A stretch of DNA of 52,767 nt from Catajapyx aquilonaris (GCA_000934665.2 KZ538159.1:62001-114767), one strand, 5' to 3'. Shown: positions 13,284 through 25,189, counted from the stretch's first letter. The notes: generated by a model not told the origin, from the sequence alone. Program-made: numbers and translations.

Positions 13284-13396
13284 CTGTAAAGAAACCAGAA
13301 AATGCGTATGAACTGTCTGGCCATATTTTTTTTGCCCAATCCTCCACATATGTCATTAAGTCTACGATTCCCACGCAGCTGGGCAACGGTAGTTAC

Positions 13397-13477
13397 CGAT
13401 CGGTACTTGAGTATCCTGCAGCGCAAGTGGGCACCCCCCTGATCATGATCGAGTCGTATAATTCGCATCGGCAACAT
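13397..13477 (-). CDS. Probable first (or upstream) coding exon, MLPMRIIRLDHDQGGAHLRCRILKYRS
   Basis: ATG with G at -3 and an in-frame TAG 25 codons upstream. Donor TCG|GTAACT is phase 0, matching the next acceptor across a 113-bp intron. The exon could instead start at an acceptor near 13552. Confidence 0.55.
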
Positions 13478-15329
13478 TCCTGGATTTTTGTCCCCGGAGC
13501 GTCTGATTAGTCTGGCAGCCCCTTGCCCTACTCGATTGCCTTTCTCTTGCTCCTACCGGGACGAATAGGGGTCACCATAATTGCCAATCCTGCTTCTCTA
13601 ATGACGCCCGGTTGAAGGAAGCACCCGGGGGGAGGCTACAATATTTGCGACAGTCTTATATGTCGAGGCTAGGTGTTTCCTAGCACGTGCTTCTAACACC
13701 TGGTATGGTCGTTTTAAGAGGCGAAGAACCTGGTTTGGAGCTCCCTCTGCAGGTGTGCTGACGGAATGCGATTGCACAGATAAGAACTTGGGACCAGATG
13801 AGGCGTTTGGTACCCATGGGTCATAAACAAACCCCTTCCCAGGCCTATGTTTTTATGAGACTTTTGCTCGGGAAATGCTTCTGTACATGTCACCTCCGTC
13901 CATAAGCATGAACCCTGGAACCCTGATCAATACCCATGGAAAAACTGGTGAGCAATACGGAAAACCCATTCTTGAACCGATTGGTATCACAGCAGGAGGT
14001 TCACTACTTTTTTGCACTATTCGTGACAGTGTCGACGGCCTTATTAACCAAACTCGTGATTAACTGGCCGCACTTGTCACAGATCAGCACGATGTGACAG
14101 CCCGACTCGTGACTAATAGTTGGCCCCAAGCCATAGGCATAAACAAAGACGGTGTGACCACACACCAATTAGCCTACCATACCGAGTCTATTAACCGACT
14201 GTTGTCAATAACCTGCCCCAACCGTTAAACTGGGCGGTTACTGGCTAGTAAGTTACGGTCTTTAAACAGGAGGTAACGAAAAGGACAAGAACAAAAAAAA
14301 GAGAGACGGAAAACCCACACAGGACTGGTCTGTACAAGACGGATGAGCTGGTGGCCTCTGTTTGCCAGGTCACGGCCCTCGTATAGTCACTCCCACACGA
14401 CACCGCAACACGCTCGGGTCGTGACCTCTCTAGACATACCAGTCTGCGGTTACTTGTATGCGAAATGACAGCGTGAGGGGAATCGCGATGGTCGGGTAGA
14501 TAACAAAGGAGGCGTATGTAACACGTCGCAACTCCATAAAGTAGGGTGACTCAAAGTTATAAAATGTTTTATGGAGCGAGGAAAATAACGAGGAACAAAA
14601 GTCTAAAATGTCAACACAAATTAAAGTTTAATGACAGCAGGACAGGGCACGAGTGGTGACACTTTCTGCCGACATGCGGGTCGTTCGATAGTATCGGTTC
14701 ATATTACAATTAATGGCCGTTTGTTATGAAGACAACGTTGCTGTCATAAAATTCGTTAAAAAAATTGTATCCAAAAAACGCCACCGAATAATGAAATGAA
14801 AAATACTCGTCTGTCCACCTTTCAAGAGTTATTGCTGAGCTAACGGGATTTTATACAGACATGTGGAATTTTTCTGTCAGGAACTTTGTTTATTGCTGAT
14901 TGGTCGGCCTGGAGTTATGCAATCATTTTGTAACTATTTTTATGAGCCCCCCAGATCGACACGATTAGCAGTTACATATATGTTCCGCTTGGAAGAATGT
15001 ACAGGAACGTGGTCGGTGGGTGGGTAGTTAGTTGGGGGCGTCTGTTGCGGAATCCGGGCGTCGATGGTCCGTCAAGTTTTTACAGGTTGGGGGAAGGGGG
15101 TCTGAGGCGGGGCCCTGGCCAAATGGCATCATGGGTCAGGTAAGTGAGCGAGAAACGGGAACCAGGGCCACACTATACTTCCTATTATGCATTTTGATGG
15201 GTTTGGAAGGGACACCTGCCATTTTGCCACATACTAATCAGAGATGGCGCTGGTAATTGAACAAGAGATGGCGCTGTGCTGGTGGGGGGCTCAAGATGGC
15301 CACCGCGCGCAAAGCATTTCCTTGTAAAC

Positions 15330-15495
15330 TGTCATCTGTCAGCCCAACTGCTCTGCTGCAAGTGCACAATCAGCAACTGCATCGACAGACTGAAGTGCAA
15401 TGCGGTGTCTCTGGGCTGTCAGCTGGAGAAGCGCAGGAAGGTCGATATGGACCCAGCTTGTATAATTATACCGAGTGTTTTGCAGTGTAATTCGT
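15330..15495 (-). pseudogene. LRP-fossil remnant: LDLa-like modules
   Basis: After an AG: DELHCKTLGII (cf. EFxCxxxGxCI) and, frameshifted, VDAVADCALAAEQLG* (cf. CDGxxDCxDGSDExxC). Confidence 0.55.
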
Positions 15496-16055
15496 CTGCA
15501 TGCGCAGGATATTACATTGTTGAAATTACAACAATTTCTTAGAAATCTATCGCCCTTTTTTTTACTACTAAATCATTTTTACACCAACGTGCGTGCACCG
15601 TGTTTCGTGCCTCCTAATGAGTGCTTCAAATCCCGCTAATATATTCTCAAGGGCTTATCTTGGCAACTTTGTATTACAGAAGCTCGTGTGATATTCCTGG
15701 TATGATTTGAGTGCCTGACATGCTTTTTCCATTTGCAGTAACGGACCCCGGTAGGACAGGCCTATCTGTTTTTTTTAGGTGGAACTACCATGAGTTTCGC
15801 ACCCTGGGACGGATTTGAGGGGTCAAGGTGGTCATCTTATTCGAGCGACCCATTAACCTACTTTTTTGGTCTTCCTGGCCTGGAAGGGCGTGACCATCTC
15901 TTGACATACCCAATCCTTGTTTACATTCTATTTGTAGATATTACGGTAACTACGTTGTTGCAACGGTCACGACGTAACTTTTGCACCTGTTCTGTACACA
16001 TCTGACGTCCTTGATGAAACAGCTTTCACCACACCACAAACTGTTTTGTAAATGC

Positions 16056-16330
16056 CTAGAGGGTCCAATTCCACTGATTAGGACTCCTGTGGCAAAGGTG
16101 TCCACTTGCCCGGTTTTCATCGTGGAAAAACGGATGGAGCCAAGTCACATGATGGATGCCGACACAAAGGATGGTAGGCGTGCGTGACAACCATTTTGCC
16201 GGCTTGGTCTGGCGTGTTGAGAGACAGGAGAAAAGGCCTGAGGGGATAAGGAGGGCCTCTTCGGCACAACACAGAGCACCACGGGACACACACATGACGG
16301 ATTTGAGCAACGATCCTCCCAGGACGTATC
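16056..16330 (-). pseudogene. LRP-fossil remnant: EGF-like
   Basis: MCVSRGALCCAEEALLIPSGLFSCLS vs PCxxxNGGCSHLCLLxPxGxFxCxC. Confidence 0.5.
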
Positions 16331-17704
16331 TAGAACTCGTTTCCGTGTTTTTTCCACCACAACTTGGACCGAATTGAGCTAGGCCTAGCACGTGCTTAGC
16401 CTAGTCTGGACACAAAATGGCGGCCAATTTATAGCTAATGCTCAAAACCTGCCTTGGAACCGGCTAATTTAGTGCATAACATTATGAACACATGTGACAC
16501 TCACTAATTGTGTCAAGGTACTCCAGAGGAAGTGAGCTGGACCACCAGTCTTAGGACCAGGAAAGGAGTGATAATGAGGGCATAAATGTCACCCCAGGAG
16601 CCCTTTCTGATGGCATTCCCGACCATACGATTTATAGTCTCATGAACGTCGCCCCTCTTCTTTGCAGGTAATCAGGCCTTTGCACTTTCAAGTTTTTTTT
16701 TTGCTAAATCGAGCCAGCGATTTATATATAACAAACCGGATTCAGTGGCCTAGATTTCACACTACATCAGTACTGGTATATGGCCATCTTCACAAATTCG
16801 GAAAACAATTGAATTTTCTACTCAGGCCAATCTTCATTTATCAGGTGGGTAACTCAATAGTGTGGATAATAGAGACTGATGGAGGAAGAAGCTAGTGATC
16901 AATAGACTCAGGTTGCTCACCCCTTTCTTCGAAGAATGGCATTCAAAATATAATTTAATTCACGCTCAGCTCTTCTAGGTTCTGAATTCAAAAAAGGTCA
17001 AAGCCACGCACGTGCATGGGGCTTCCTCATTCCAATAGTTGCCGGCAGATTATGCCCTTGTCACGTTTCCAAGGGCAAATAGTTCCTTTCTACCATAGAG
17101 TGGTGAGGGCGTGTCAACATCGCGTGTGGTCCTACCTACTGAGAACTTTCGGAAATTCTCCCCCAAAAAATGGGAGGGATTTGGATGCCACCATAATAAT
17201 CCCTAGTGTAAGCCATTAAAACTAGAACCGGCCTGAACCCACATGTCACGCTTGAAAAAACTCGAGTTTAATTTTTCGAAAAACCACTACCTCTGCATCA
17301 CTGCATTGATTTGTTTCACATAGCAACACATTTCGATATCAGTTTTTCTGTGCAATTTCCGCTAATTACACTGAGCTCGAGCTCGAGCTCAATATTGTTC
17401 CAATTGTATCCCGCTGACATTGTGTCACATACTGGGGGGNNNNNNNNNNNNNNGGGGGGCGTTGGCACATAAAACTATGATGGGAACATTGTCACGTACA
17501 ACTATGCAGATCTAATCTGACCTGATACCGAATACTTAGATTGTTCCGGACGGACCGGCTTCACGATTTAGTGTGTTGATTAGGATGTCACTAGTTGGAT
17601 GGAGAGATACACCCAGGTTGATATGCATATTATTATAAACTATGTATTGACATGGTATGCACCGAACTGATTTCGCATTATTTTAGCCTCCAGATTGCTG
17701 TATA

Positions 17705-17781
17705 AAATTATCTACATGGCATACCAAATTATCTACATGATGGCATACCAAATTATTTACATGTCATACAAAATTATTTAC
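17705..17781. repeat. 21-24-bp tandem repeat (AAATTATCTACATGGCATACC) x~3.5
   Basis: Directly visible tandem units. Confidence 0.8.
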
Positions 17782-17959
17782 TAGTCGTAAAAAAATTCCT
17801 AAAGCAATGTGAATATATTTAAAAATAATTACGAATATTTTAATACATTTTCCATATGTACACACCATTTATATGTACTAATCAAATATTTTCTCTTACC
17901 AACTATTCTTCCACTATAAATCCAAGGACCGCGCACACACTTAGCACTCACAACACCGG

Positions 17960-18240
17960 TCAACTACCAAAGAACCAACCTCTCCAGAGGCTCTCGAAGG
18001 ACTGGAAGAACAGGGTTCTTAGGTTGCCCACCATCCAGGCGGTACCTTGAGGAAAAACCGAGTCACGTGATAGCCCCCACCTGAAATGAGGGTCTCCCAA
18101 TAGCGGACGGGGCAATAGATGCCAGGTGGCAAATAACAGTGCCCAACGAGCTTCTGGAGGTTCCTGTGCGAAAGATAGTTTAGCTTTTACCCAAAACCTG
18201 TTTTGCATCATTGGGACCAGGACCATGAATGAAAACTTTC
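17960..18240 (-). pseudogene. LRP-fossil remnant: YWTD blade
   Basis: VLVPMMQNRFWVKAKLS vs LxLDxxxxRLYWVDAKL. Confidence 0.6.
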
Positions 18241-18963
18241 CATCCCGTTTTTTGGGGGGAGGCGGTTGTAATGTGGCCAAAACATGCCAAATGTATGGCC
18301 TCAGGAGTGGTAATTAATTTATTTCCGATGTTTTTTTTAAAAGAATGAAAAGTGGGAACTTTTGGTTATAAAGTTTATTACCGATGCGGCATCACTTGTG
18401 GAGTTGTATTGCCATAAATTATAATCGTGAGCTTTTATTACGGGGGGGGGGGGGGGAACATTCCTTATATTAATTGGCGTTACGGATCGCGTTACGTATA
18501 TAGTCCGTCACATTCTATCGGGGACGTCGACCTGCTTGACTATTTTTTCTACTCTGAAGGAACTCTTAGCACGTACGACCTCTCTCGTAATGCAAGCGAC
18601 ATGCCGCATCCTTCAAGGACGTCCCCTGGAAGGTCATTTGGCAACCCATACCCTCTTTTTCCTTCAGTTTCTGACAATAAAATGGCTGTGAATTATCCAC
18701 AGGGTTCTAAAACCGAGTAGACTTTTTTGCAATCATCAGGAAGTGTGCAGAAAAAAAATATGGCGCTCTAAACCAGCATCAAAAGTCCACTAGGTGTCCA
18801 TAAATTTAATTAGTATTAATCTATAATATTAAAATCCTTGCGGGAGTTGGCCGAGCCGCATATTGTTACCGCCACCTCCCCATTGGCCCGCCTACTCATG
18901 CGCAATGGGGTGTTAACAACTCCTGTTGGGTTACCGGGGAAACTGTCCATTCCCCGGCGATAT

Positions 18964-19055
18964 GGTGCGCCCAAAGAGTTCTGCTATATTATATATACAC
19001 CTTATTATATTATATTATATTATATTATATAATAGCAGAACTCCTTGGGTGCGCC
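18964..19055. repeat. Inverted repeat (about 25-bp arms) enclosing a (TATAT)n microsatellite
   Basis: GGTGCGCCCAAAGAGTTCTGCTAT ... ATAGCAGAACTCCTTGGGTGCGCC. Confidence 0.85.
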
Positions 19056-19131
19056 GAATAGGTACCCCAGGCCGAGCGAATCTAGTGGTTTTCCTAGTAA
19101 ACTATTAAAATAATTGCGTATTTTTAGTCCA

Positions 19132-19193
19132 AGCGGCAGGAATGCACCCGCCAATATGGCCGCGGCCATATTGGCGGGTGCATTCCTGCCGCT
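19132..19193. repeat. Perfect 62-bp spacerless palindrome
   Basis: AGCGGCAGGAATGCACCCGCCAATATGGCCG|CGGCCATATTGGCGGGTGCATTCCTGCCGCT, checked base by base. Confidence 0.97.
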
Positions 19194-20152
19194 GTACTTG
19201 TGACTCTCGGACCGTCCGTTTGGTGTCGTCTTTTCCGTCAAGTAGGTCACCCTTGAGGCGTTTCCTCCGCATTGAAGCGCAGCATGGAAGTGGAAATTGA
19301 GCCTGGAAGTAGTAATTTATTCGGTAGGATCGTGGAAAGCAGATTGGGCCAAGCTTCTTCCGATCAATTTTACCCGGACGGAAACACGCTTTTACTCTAG
19401 ATCCCCCCTTAGAAAAACAGGGGTTGGAAAGTGGTCTAAGTGTATATAGTGCCCTCTGGGTCTGCAATCGAGGACAAACCCATGTCTTCACTCCTTTTCA
19501 TGAATCCTGAAGATAAAGCGTGAAAATGGCAGTCCGAAGCGAATTCTTTTCAAAGAAGGTTCCCGACTCTACAACAATGGCCGGATTTATTTCATCCGGG
19601 TTCGTGTCTTGGTCTGCAATTGACCCGCTTTTTCTAGGACCCGCGGGACCCATCTTAGGCATGGTCAAGGTTTTCGGCGGCTTCTGATCTGATTTATTGG
19701 AGGGGACACCCGGTTTTGGGGATACAGTTAACCACGATGTCATAGAAGGACACGCGCTAGGTCAGACGGTGACCCCAGACATACCGACTGTTGAAAAAGA
19801 AAAGAGAAGTCCCTGTACGGCAGTAAAAGGGACCGTTTGCACCCGCGCACACTTCAGTCTTCCAAATTGATTTTTACCGTGTCTTCTCCACAGGTGGCGG
19901 ATGTAGAGGACCCCTAATCCTTGCAGAGGGACCCCTACATATGTGGTCTGACATATGTTAAATTAATTTGTTTTAAAAATTCAGCAACCTGATAGTAGCC
20001 TACTGGCTGAGTCTGAAAAGCTTAATGTTGAGGGGCGTTTTTAGCCTAAATAAGCTGACAGCTTAAATAGACCCATCATAGAGCATTACATAAAGTGTAG
20101 CTACTAACCCATTATGCCAGGAATTTTGTAGATAAATCTAAATATTCTGAAA

Positions 20153-20338
20153 TACAGCGAAACCTGTGAAGTTGGACACCTACCCATGTGCTTTGGAACA
20201 TATTTCATTGTAATTCTAAATACTGTATTATTAAACAATTATTAAATACAGTATTTTTAAATGTTGTAAAACACGAGAGAAATTTTTGCATCTAAATTTA
20301 ATTCTAAATACTAAGTGAAACCTGTGAAGTTGGACACT
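20153..20338 (+). mobile_element. Possible pogo/Tigger-type MITE end (TA-CAGCGAAACCTGTGAAGTTGGACAC), repeated at about 20317-20338
   Basis: Direct repeat GAAACCTGTGAAGTTGGACAC twice; TA+CAG start typical of Tc1/pogo ends. Confidence 0.35.
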
Positions 20339-20352
20339 GTACTTCACTGTAA

Positions 20353-20528
20353 TTTTTCCGCTTTTCACCCGACATGCCGGGGCAGAATTGCACTCCCTAC
20401 TCTGCCCAGGGCCAGGAGAAAAGGTCTGGTGTATTTCACAAAGTCAGAAATGACTAAAATTACAGCGGTTGGGAACCTCCCCTTCCCCCGAAGAGGTCTC
20501 CGCCCTATCACTGGGTATTTAAAAATAA
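20353..20528 (+). mobile_element. 5-prime-truncated SINE copy
   Basis: Matches the body and 3-prime end (TTGGGAAC.TCCCC, CTATCAC.GGGTA) of the full-length copy at 23973-24250. Confidence 0.88.
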
Positions 20529-20989
20529 CACTGTAATTTTAAATACTGTATAATAAAATAATTATATGGTGTTTCTACCTGTTATGAAACATTTCAAAAA
20601 TATTTTCAGATTACTAAAAAAATTCCTCGGACCACCCTAGTGTATACCAGATGTATGTCACGCCTTAAGGCACACCAAAACCACATTTCTGCTCCAAAAA
20701 ATGCTGACTGTCCAATGTGGGCTTCTGTATCGTACGTGTACCCGATTTTGGATGGGACACATCTCCCGGTAAATCTTTTTTTTTAATGGAATTTTTTTTT
20801 GGAGTCGGATGTTCCATTTTTTGGGGGAGGAAAAAGAGTGGACAATGGCAAGCAACCCATGGTTTTCGGAGGGAGGATTTTCTAGATATTTGACGTGCAT
20901 GGAGGATGTGATAAAAGGCCCCTGGGGAAATGCAGCTGAGAGGAATTTCGATTTTGGCAGAAAAAAAAACGAGGGGGTTATGTGGGGAG

Positions 20990-21480
20990 AGGCGGGGACC
21001 GGAAAAGGGGAGGAAGCGGGGAGGCAGCAGGATCAATGTGGAGGCGGAGCAGACCACAAAATCGAAACTTGATACAGAATGAAACACAGCCAGAGGGGCA
21101 TTGCCATGAAATTCGGTCAATAATGAAGGGGTTATTCGCCAATCTGTGTAATGAACAAAGTTGACAGAATTCATGAAAAAAACAGTGATACGAACACACC
21201 TTGCATAATAGCAGTGTGTTCGTATCACTGTGATTTTTTTCTCAGCTTCAAGCTGTTTTCTGGTACAAGAATACCTGCAGGCAAGAATCTACCTCCTTCT
21301 AGTCATGTCAACCACTCATGCATTTTAAAAGCTTCATTTACTTTGCTACCCTTCAATTACAAGAGCAGGTCGAGTGGACGGAGAGACCAGTAATTTTTAA
21401 CGCGCTGCTGCCAATAGGGGTAAGCCTCTGGAATGGTTGATGATGATGGCTCGAAGAAGAGTTTTCCAGGATGCAAAAAT
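20990..21480 (-). pseudogene. LRP-fossil remnants: YWTD blades and start of EGF
   Basis: RAIIINHSRG, then (frameshift) YPYW (cf. RAIVVDPxRGYLYW); ITVFFMNSVNFVHYTDWR; VVCSASTLILLP. Confidence 0.7.
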
Positions 21481-21551
21481 TTTTGGTAGTGGGTCACCAC
21501 TCTTGGATCCAGGAATTGCCACGTGCTGTCCACTAGATTGGGGACTGAGGG

Positions 21552-21723
21552 TACCTTAGAAAATAGAGGGTAAAAAGAGGCCCTTTTTACCCTCTATTTT
21601 CTAAGGTAATACATGCAAAATTTACCTTAGAATCAATTTACCCAAGAATATTTACCCTACAATGTAAGGTAAAAATGGCCACTTTCTTACCCTCTCTAGA
21701 GAAAATAAATGGTTAAGAGTGTA
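21552..21723. mobile_element. Partial MITE of the 6607 family with an internal perfect 26-bp-arm hairpin
   Basis: Arms 21552-21577 and 21583-21608 with a 5-nt loop. Ends in TAAATGGTTAAGAGTGTA, identical to 6641-6658. Confidence 0.7.
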
Positions 21724-21817
21724 GAGAGGCTCTATGGAGAGACTAGCTAGAGTTATATTAATTTCGTCATACTACTAGCGACATCTTCCGATGCGGCAGA
21801 CGTGCAAATCGAAGTGC

Positions 21818-21941
21818 GAGCCGAGCGAGTAAGAAATGGTAGCCCTTGGGTGACGTAACTGGCTGGGGGACAAGCCTTTTCTCTATTGCCGCCCAGCCGG
21901 TGACGTCACTCAAGGCCTACCTCTTCTTACTCGCACGGCTC
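21818..21941. repeat. Imperfect hairpin, 50-bp arms, 24-nt loop
   Basis: 21818-21867 matches the reverse complement of 21892-21941 with about 7 mismatches. Confidence 0.85.
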
Positions 21942-22479
21942 ATCCTGGCCCCAGCCAATCAGAGTCGACCGTGACGTCAGAAGTGAGAGGCTACCTGCTT
22001 TGTGAACAGCCTTGATTGAGGCTAACTTAGTAGTTCAATACTGTTCAGTCGCATCAGTCTTGTCACGTTCCAACTGTCCACAAGCCTGAATGTAAATGGC
22101 GGCCCCATTGGCAAAGATTGACTTTTGATGAGGTCTCTGGTGACCTCTAGGGTGATACAAATGGCACCGTCAGAAACTTGACTGCCTCCTTAAATCAGAC
22201 GCCCAGAAAACAACGGCTAGGGTGGATGTTTTTTTCCGGGAGAATTGATTTGCCCACGGTTCCTTCCTCTTTCCTTAACAGTGGAGGAGGAGCAAGTACA
22301 AATGGTCTCTTACCACTTGTGGATCATCAGGGATTTTTCTAATTCATGCTGTGAAGTCCTACATAATTTCAAAGGTTGCCTCTAAAATTTTAATTTTAGA
22401 GGCTAGTAATTTATATTGCCACCCACAGAATTTGGAGTGAAATCGAAATCGGTAATAGGAATGTGTAATATTACATTCT

Positions 22480-22855
22480 GAACGCCACTGTCCTACTTCG
22501 TGACTGTCCAATTCTTCATCCGAATAGTCCTAGCAGATTCCTTTGGCCATGGTTGGTTAACATGCAACTGGCAAATTAGCTTAGCAAACTTAAGGATCTA
22601 GGAGGTGGTGGAGCCAAAATGGAGTTAAGCTAATGCTTTTTGTTATCTCGTCGCCAGTTTTGCGACAATACAACTGGAGGGGTTTGGTGGCCATGATTTT
22701 CCTAGCACCACTCTTTGGAATTGTTTGGTCTCACTTGGCTTCTTGCCACTGAAGATAAAACTGGGACAACTTTTGCTCAAACTTTTGCTCCTGGTTATTG
22801 GCACAAGTTGGGCGGGGGCGGACCTGTAGCCTGATGATGTCAGAAAATTTTGCAA
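22480..22855 (-). pseudogene. LRP-fossil remnant: EGF end, propeller start and blade
   Basis: SGYRSAPA...SKSCPSFIFSGK (cf. GYRCACP...TC..FLLFS); PPRSLSL. Confidence 0.45.
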
Positions 22856-23972
22856 TTTTTTTCAGTTTTTCGCCTAGGTAATAAATTGCGCAATTTTCTA
22901 CTAAACAAACAGAAAATATTGCCTGGACCAAATTTAAATTAATATATAATTAATTACTTTCAGTTGATTAATTTGTTAATTAAAAGCAGCTCACTGGTAT
23001 ATGCAAACGACGGATAGTGCACCACAGGCTATACACCAAACGGTTCTAACTCCTCTATAAATCACTACGCACAGCAAGCTATCCCACTAATTAGCTCTTT
23101 CTATTCTGTCTCCCGTCAATTTACGTCCGGTTTTTTTCTAAACCCAGGTTGACAAATGGCGGTGGTAAACAAAGTTGTACATATTTTGCGAACAATCAAT
23201 AAGTGAGCTCGCCTTTTGAAAAAAAAAAATCAGGTTGGCACCACCCGTGATGAATGGTAGGTAAGCATGAGAGAGAGCTTTTCAAGTTTTACAGGTGTGA
23301 AAAACTGTTTGTAAATTTGGGGCCTGCATCCCGCTGACAAGTTGCCTCGGGTCATTGTCTCATTATTTCCAAGCCCTGTCAGAAAATTTGGGGCGCGTCC
23401 GAAATTATCCGGGCGCGGTGTCAATTAGCCACGTTTTTTTAGCCTTAAAAAAACCGTCAGTTTAGGGAACAAAAGTTAGAACACAAAAGTTTGATCCTAA
23501 TATAGTTTTACCTGTGACCTGTAACTGTAATCATATAACTCGGACATGTTCTCATTAGTTAGATTCACTTGGATGAGTCCAGGTTGGCCTGCCCTAATCA
23601 TTTATAACGGACATTAAAAAAAAACACGAATGGTAAGCTCCTCCTCAAATATGCAGGGAATGTGGGATGAAAAATCAGCTGGTTCTCATCACATCAGGAT
23701 ATATCACTATCAACTATTTACTAAGCCTGCGAATATTCGGATAGTAGAATAAACAGTGGGCGTGTCAATAAATTTATTTAGATTGCCGAATAAAATCATT
23801 TTAAATGGTGAGCAAAATTATGTAGATTGGTGAATACAATGCACTGAATTTTTATTTCATTTTATTTTAGAGTTTGTTTTATTTTTATACAGTATTTTAT
23901 TTTATTTTTATATATGATTTTGTTATTTTTAATGTTATATTTATTTAATTTTAGATTTTATTTTATTTTATT

Positions 23973-24250
23973 TTATTTTATTTTTGTATTTTTTTTGGTT
24001 ACCCCGTGATAGAGCTCGTGGGGAAGTTCCCAAGGGAGGGCGCCGCGCCGTGCGATAGCCATTTCTGACATTCTTTAACACCAGGCCTTTTCTCCTGGCC
24101 CCGAGCAGAGAAGGGAGTGCAATTCTGCTCCGGCATGTCGGGTGAAAAGCGGAAAAAGACCCGGCCAAGCAGAGGTGACGAGGACGGGATTTGAACCCCG
24201 GCCTCCCGCTTGGCTGGCCAGCGGCGTAACCGCTAGACCACCATGCCGCC
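23973..24250 (-). mobile_element. Full-length tRNA(Gly)-derived SINE
   Basis: Head GGCGGCATGGTGGTCTAGCGG...GCCAAGCGGGAGGCCGGGGTTCAAATCCCG has A and B boxes and resembles tRNA-Gly(GCC). A-rich tail. Candidate 19-bp TSD GATTTTATTTTATTTTATT at 23954-23972 and 24251-24269. Confidence 0.9.
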
Positions 24251-24559
24251 GATTTTATTTTATTTTATTATTTCATATTTCTATTATGCAGTGCACAAAT
24301 TTATTCATCAATCTAAATAATTGTTAATATGCACTAAAATGCATTTTAATATTTAATGTTAACAATTTCACATTTCTACCAGGCTGGACAAGTACAGAGT
24401 GTTTCAACAAAATAATCCAAAATGGCTGCCTGCAATTAACTTCTGAGGGAGCATGTCCTTTGAAGGCAGGGTTGGAACTACAGTAGGACAAATAAGACTG
24501 AGGGGGTAGTGTAATTAGAATTAAATTGCTGAGGGAGTGTGGGTGACTGTGAAATTCGG

Positions 24560-24665
24560 CTTGGATCCAGCTACCAGACAGCTACAGTGCCTCTTTTTTT
24601 TCAGGAGTCCTCTGGAGGCCAGAGGGAGAAACAAGAAGTGATTGCAAACACGTGGCCAAGAGGCG
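24560..24665 (-). pseudogene. LRP-fossil remnant: EGF-like
   Basis: VCNHFLFLP...RHCSCLVAG vs CSHLCLP...CxCxxG. Confidence 0.5.
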
Positions 24666-25189
24666 CTCACCTTAAGGGTAAGTAGCTGAGAAATAGCTGT
24701 TACCGGTTGCGTGTGCAGTATATTTTTTAGCCACAGAAATTAAGGGGATTACGGAATTTTTACCCATAAAATGCCATGTTATTACCCTGCCTATCAGGTA
24801 ATGAGTTGTGATTTAGGTTAACGAGAAGGCTGATGTCACCTGCAGGGCTTTGAACGATTTGATAACGCGCGATGGATATGTTTCAAACTATTTCAATTAA
24901 TCACGCCCCGATCGGTATTTAGGTTACTGCGGTAAAAATTTCAATGCGCGCGCATATTGGCTCAAAACTTCTGGTTCGGTCCAATAGAGGCGTACATTAA
25001 CCACTAGAGATTCACTCCATATCAGCGTTTTTGCGCACCCAAAAAATTAGATGGGAAGCTAATTGTGCAGTCGGCTCACGTTGGCCCAAGTCTTTGTTCC
25101 AGCTCTGAGGAGGATCAGTTTTTATGGCTGGAAATTACGATGCTGCTGTTGGGAAAGAAGGAGGAAAATTATTATGGCGGGGTTCTTCC

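Noticed and set aside
10018..13289. Many plus-strand and alternative-frame ORFs
   Set aside because: These are shadows of the GC-rich minus-strand coding exons.
11133..13349. 738-aa ORF as a single-exon gene
   Set aside because: Both ends run into introns; phase-compatible splice sites lie at 13283 and 11162.
17440..17453. N gap within poly-G (similarly 48494-48529 within poly-C)
   Set aside because: Sequencing gaps at homopolymers; no biological inference possible.
24180..24250. tRNA-Gly gene
   Set aside because: Imperfect cloverleaf; it continues into a repeated body with an A-rich tail and TSD, so it is a SINE head.
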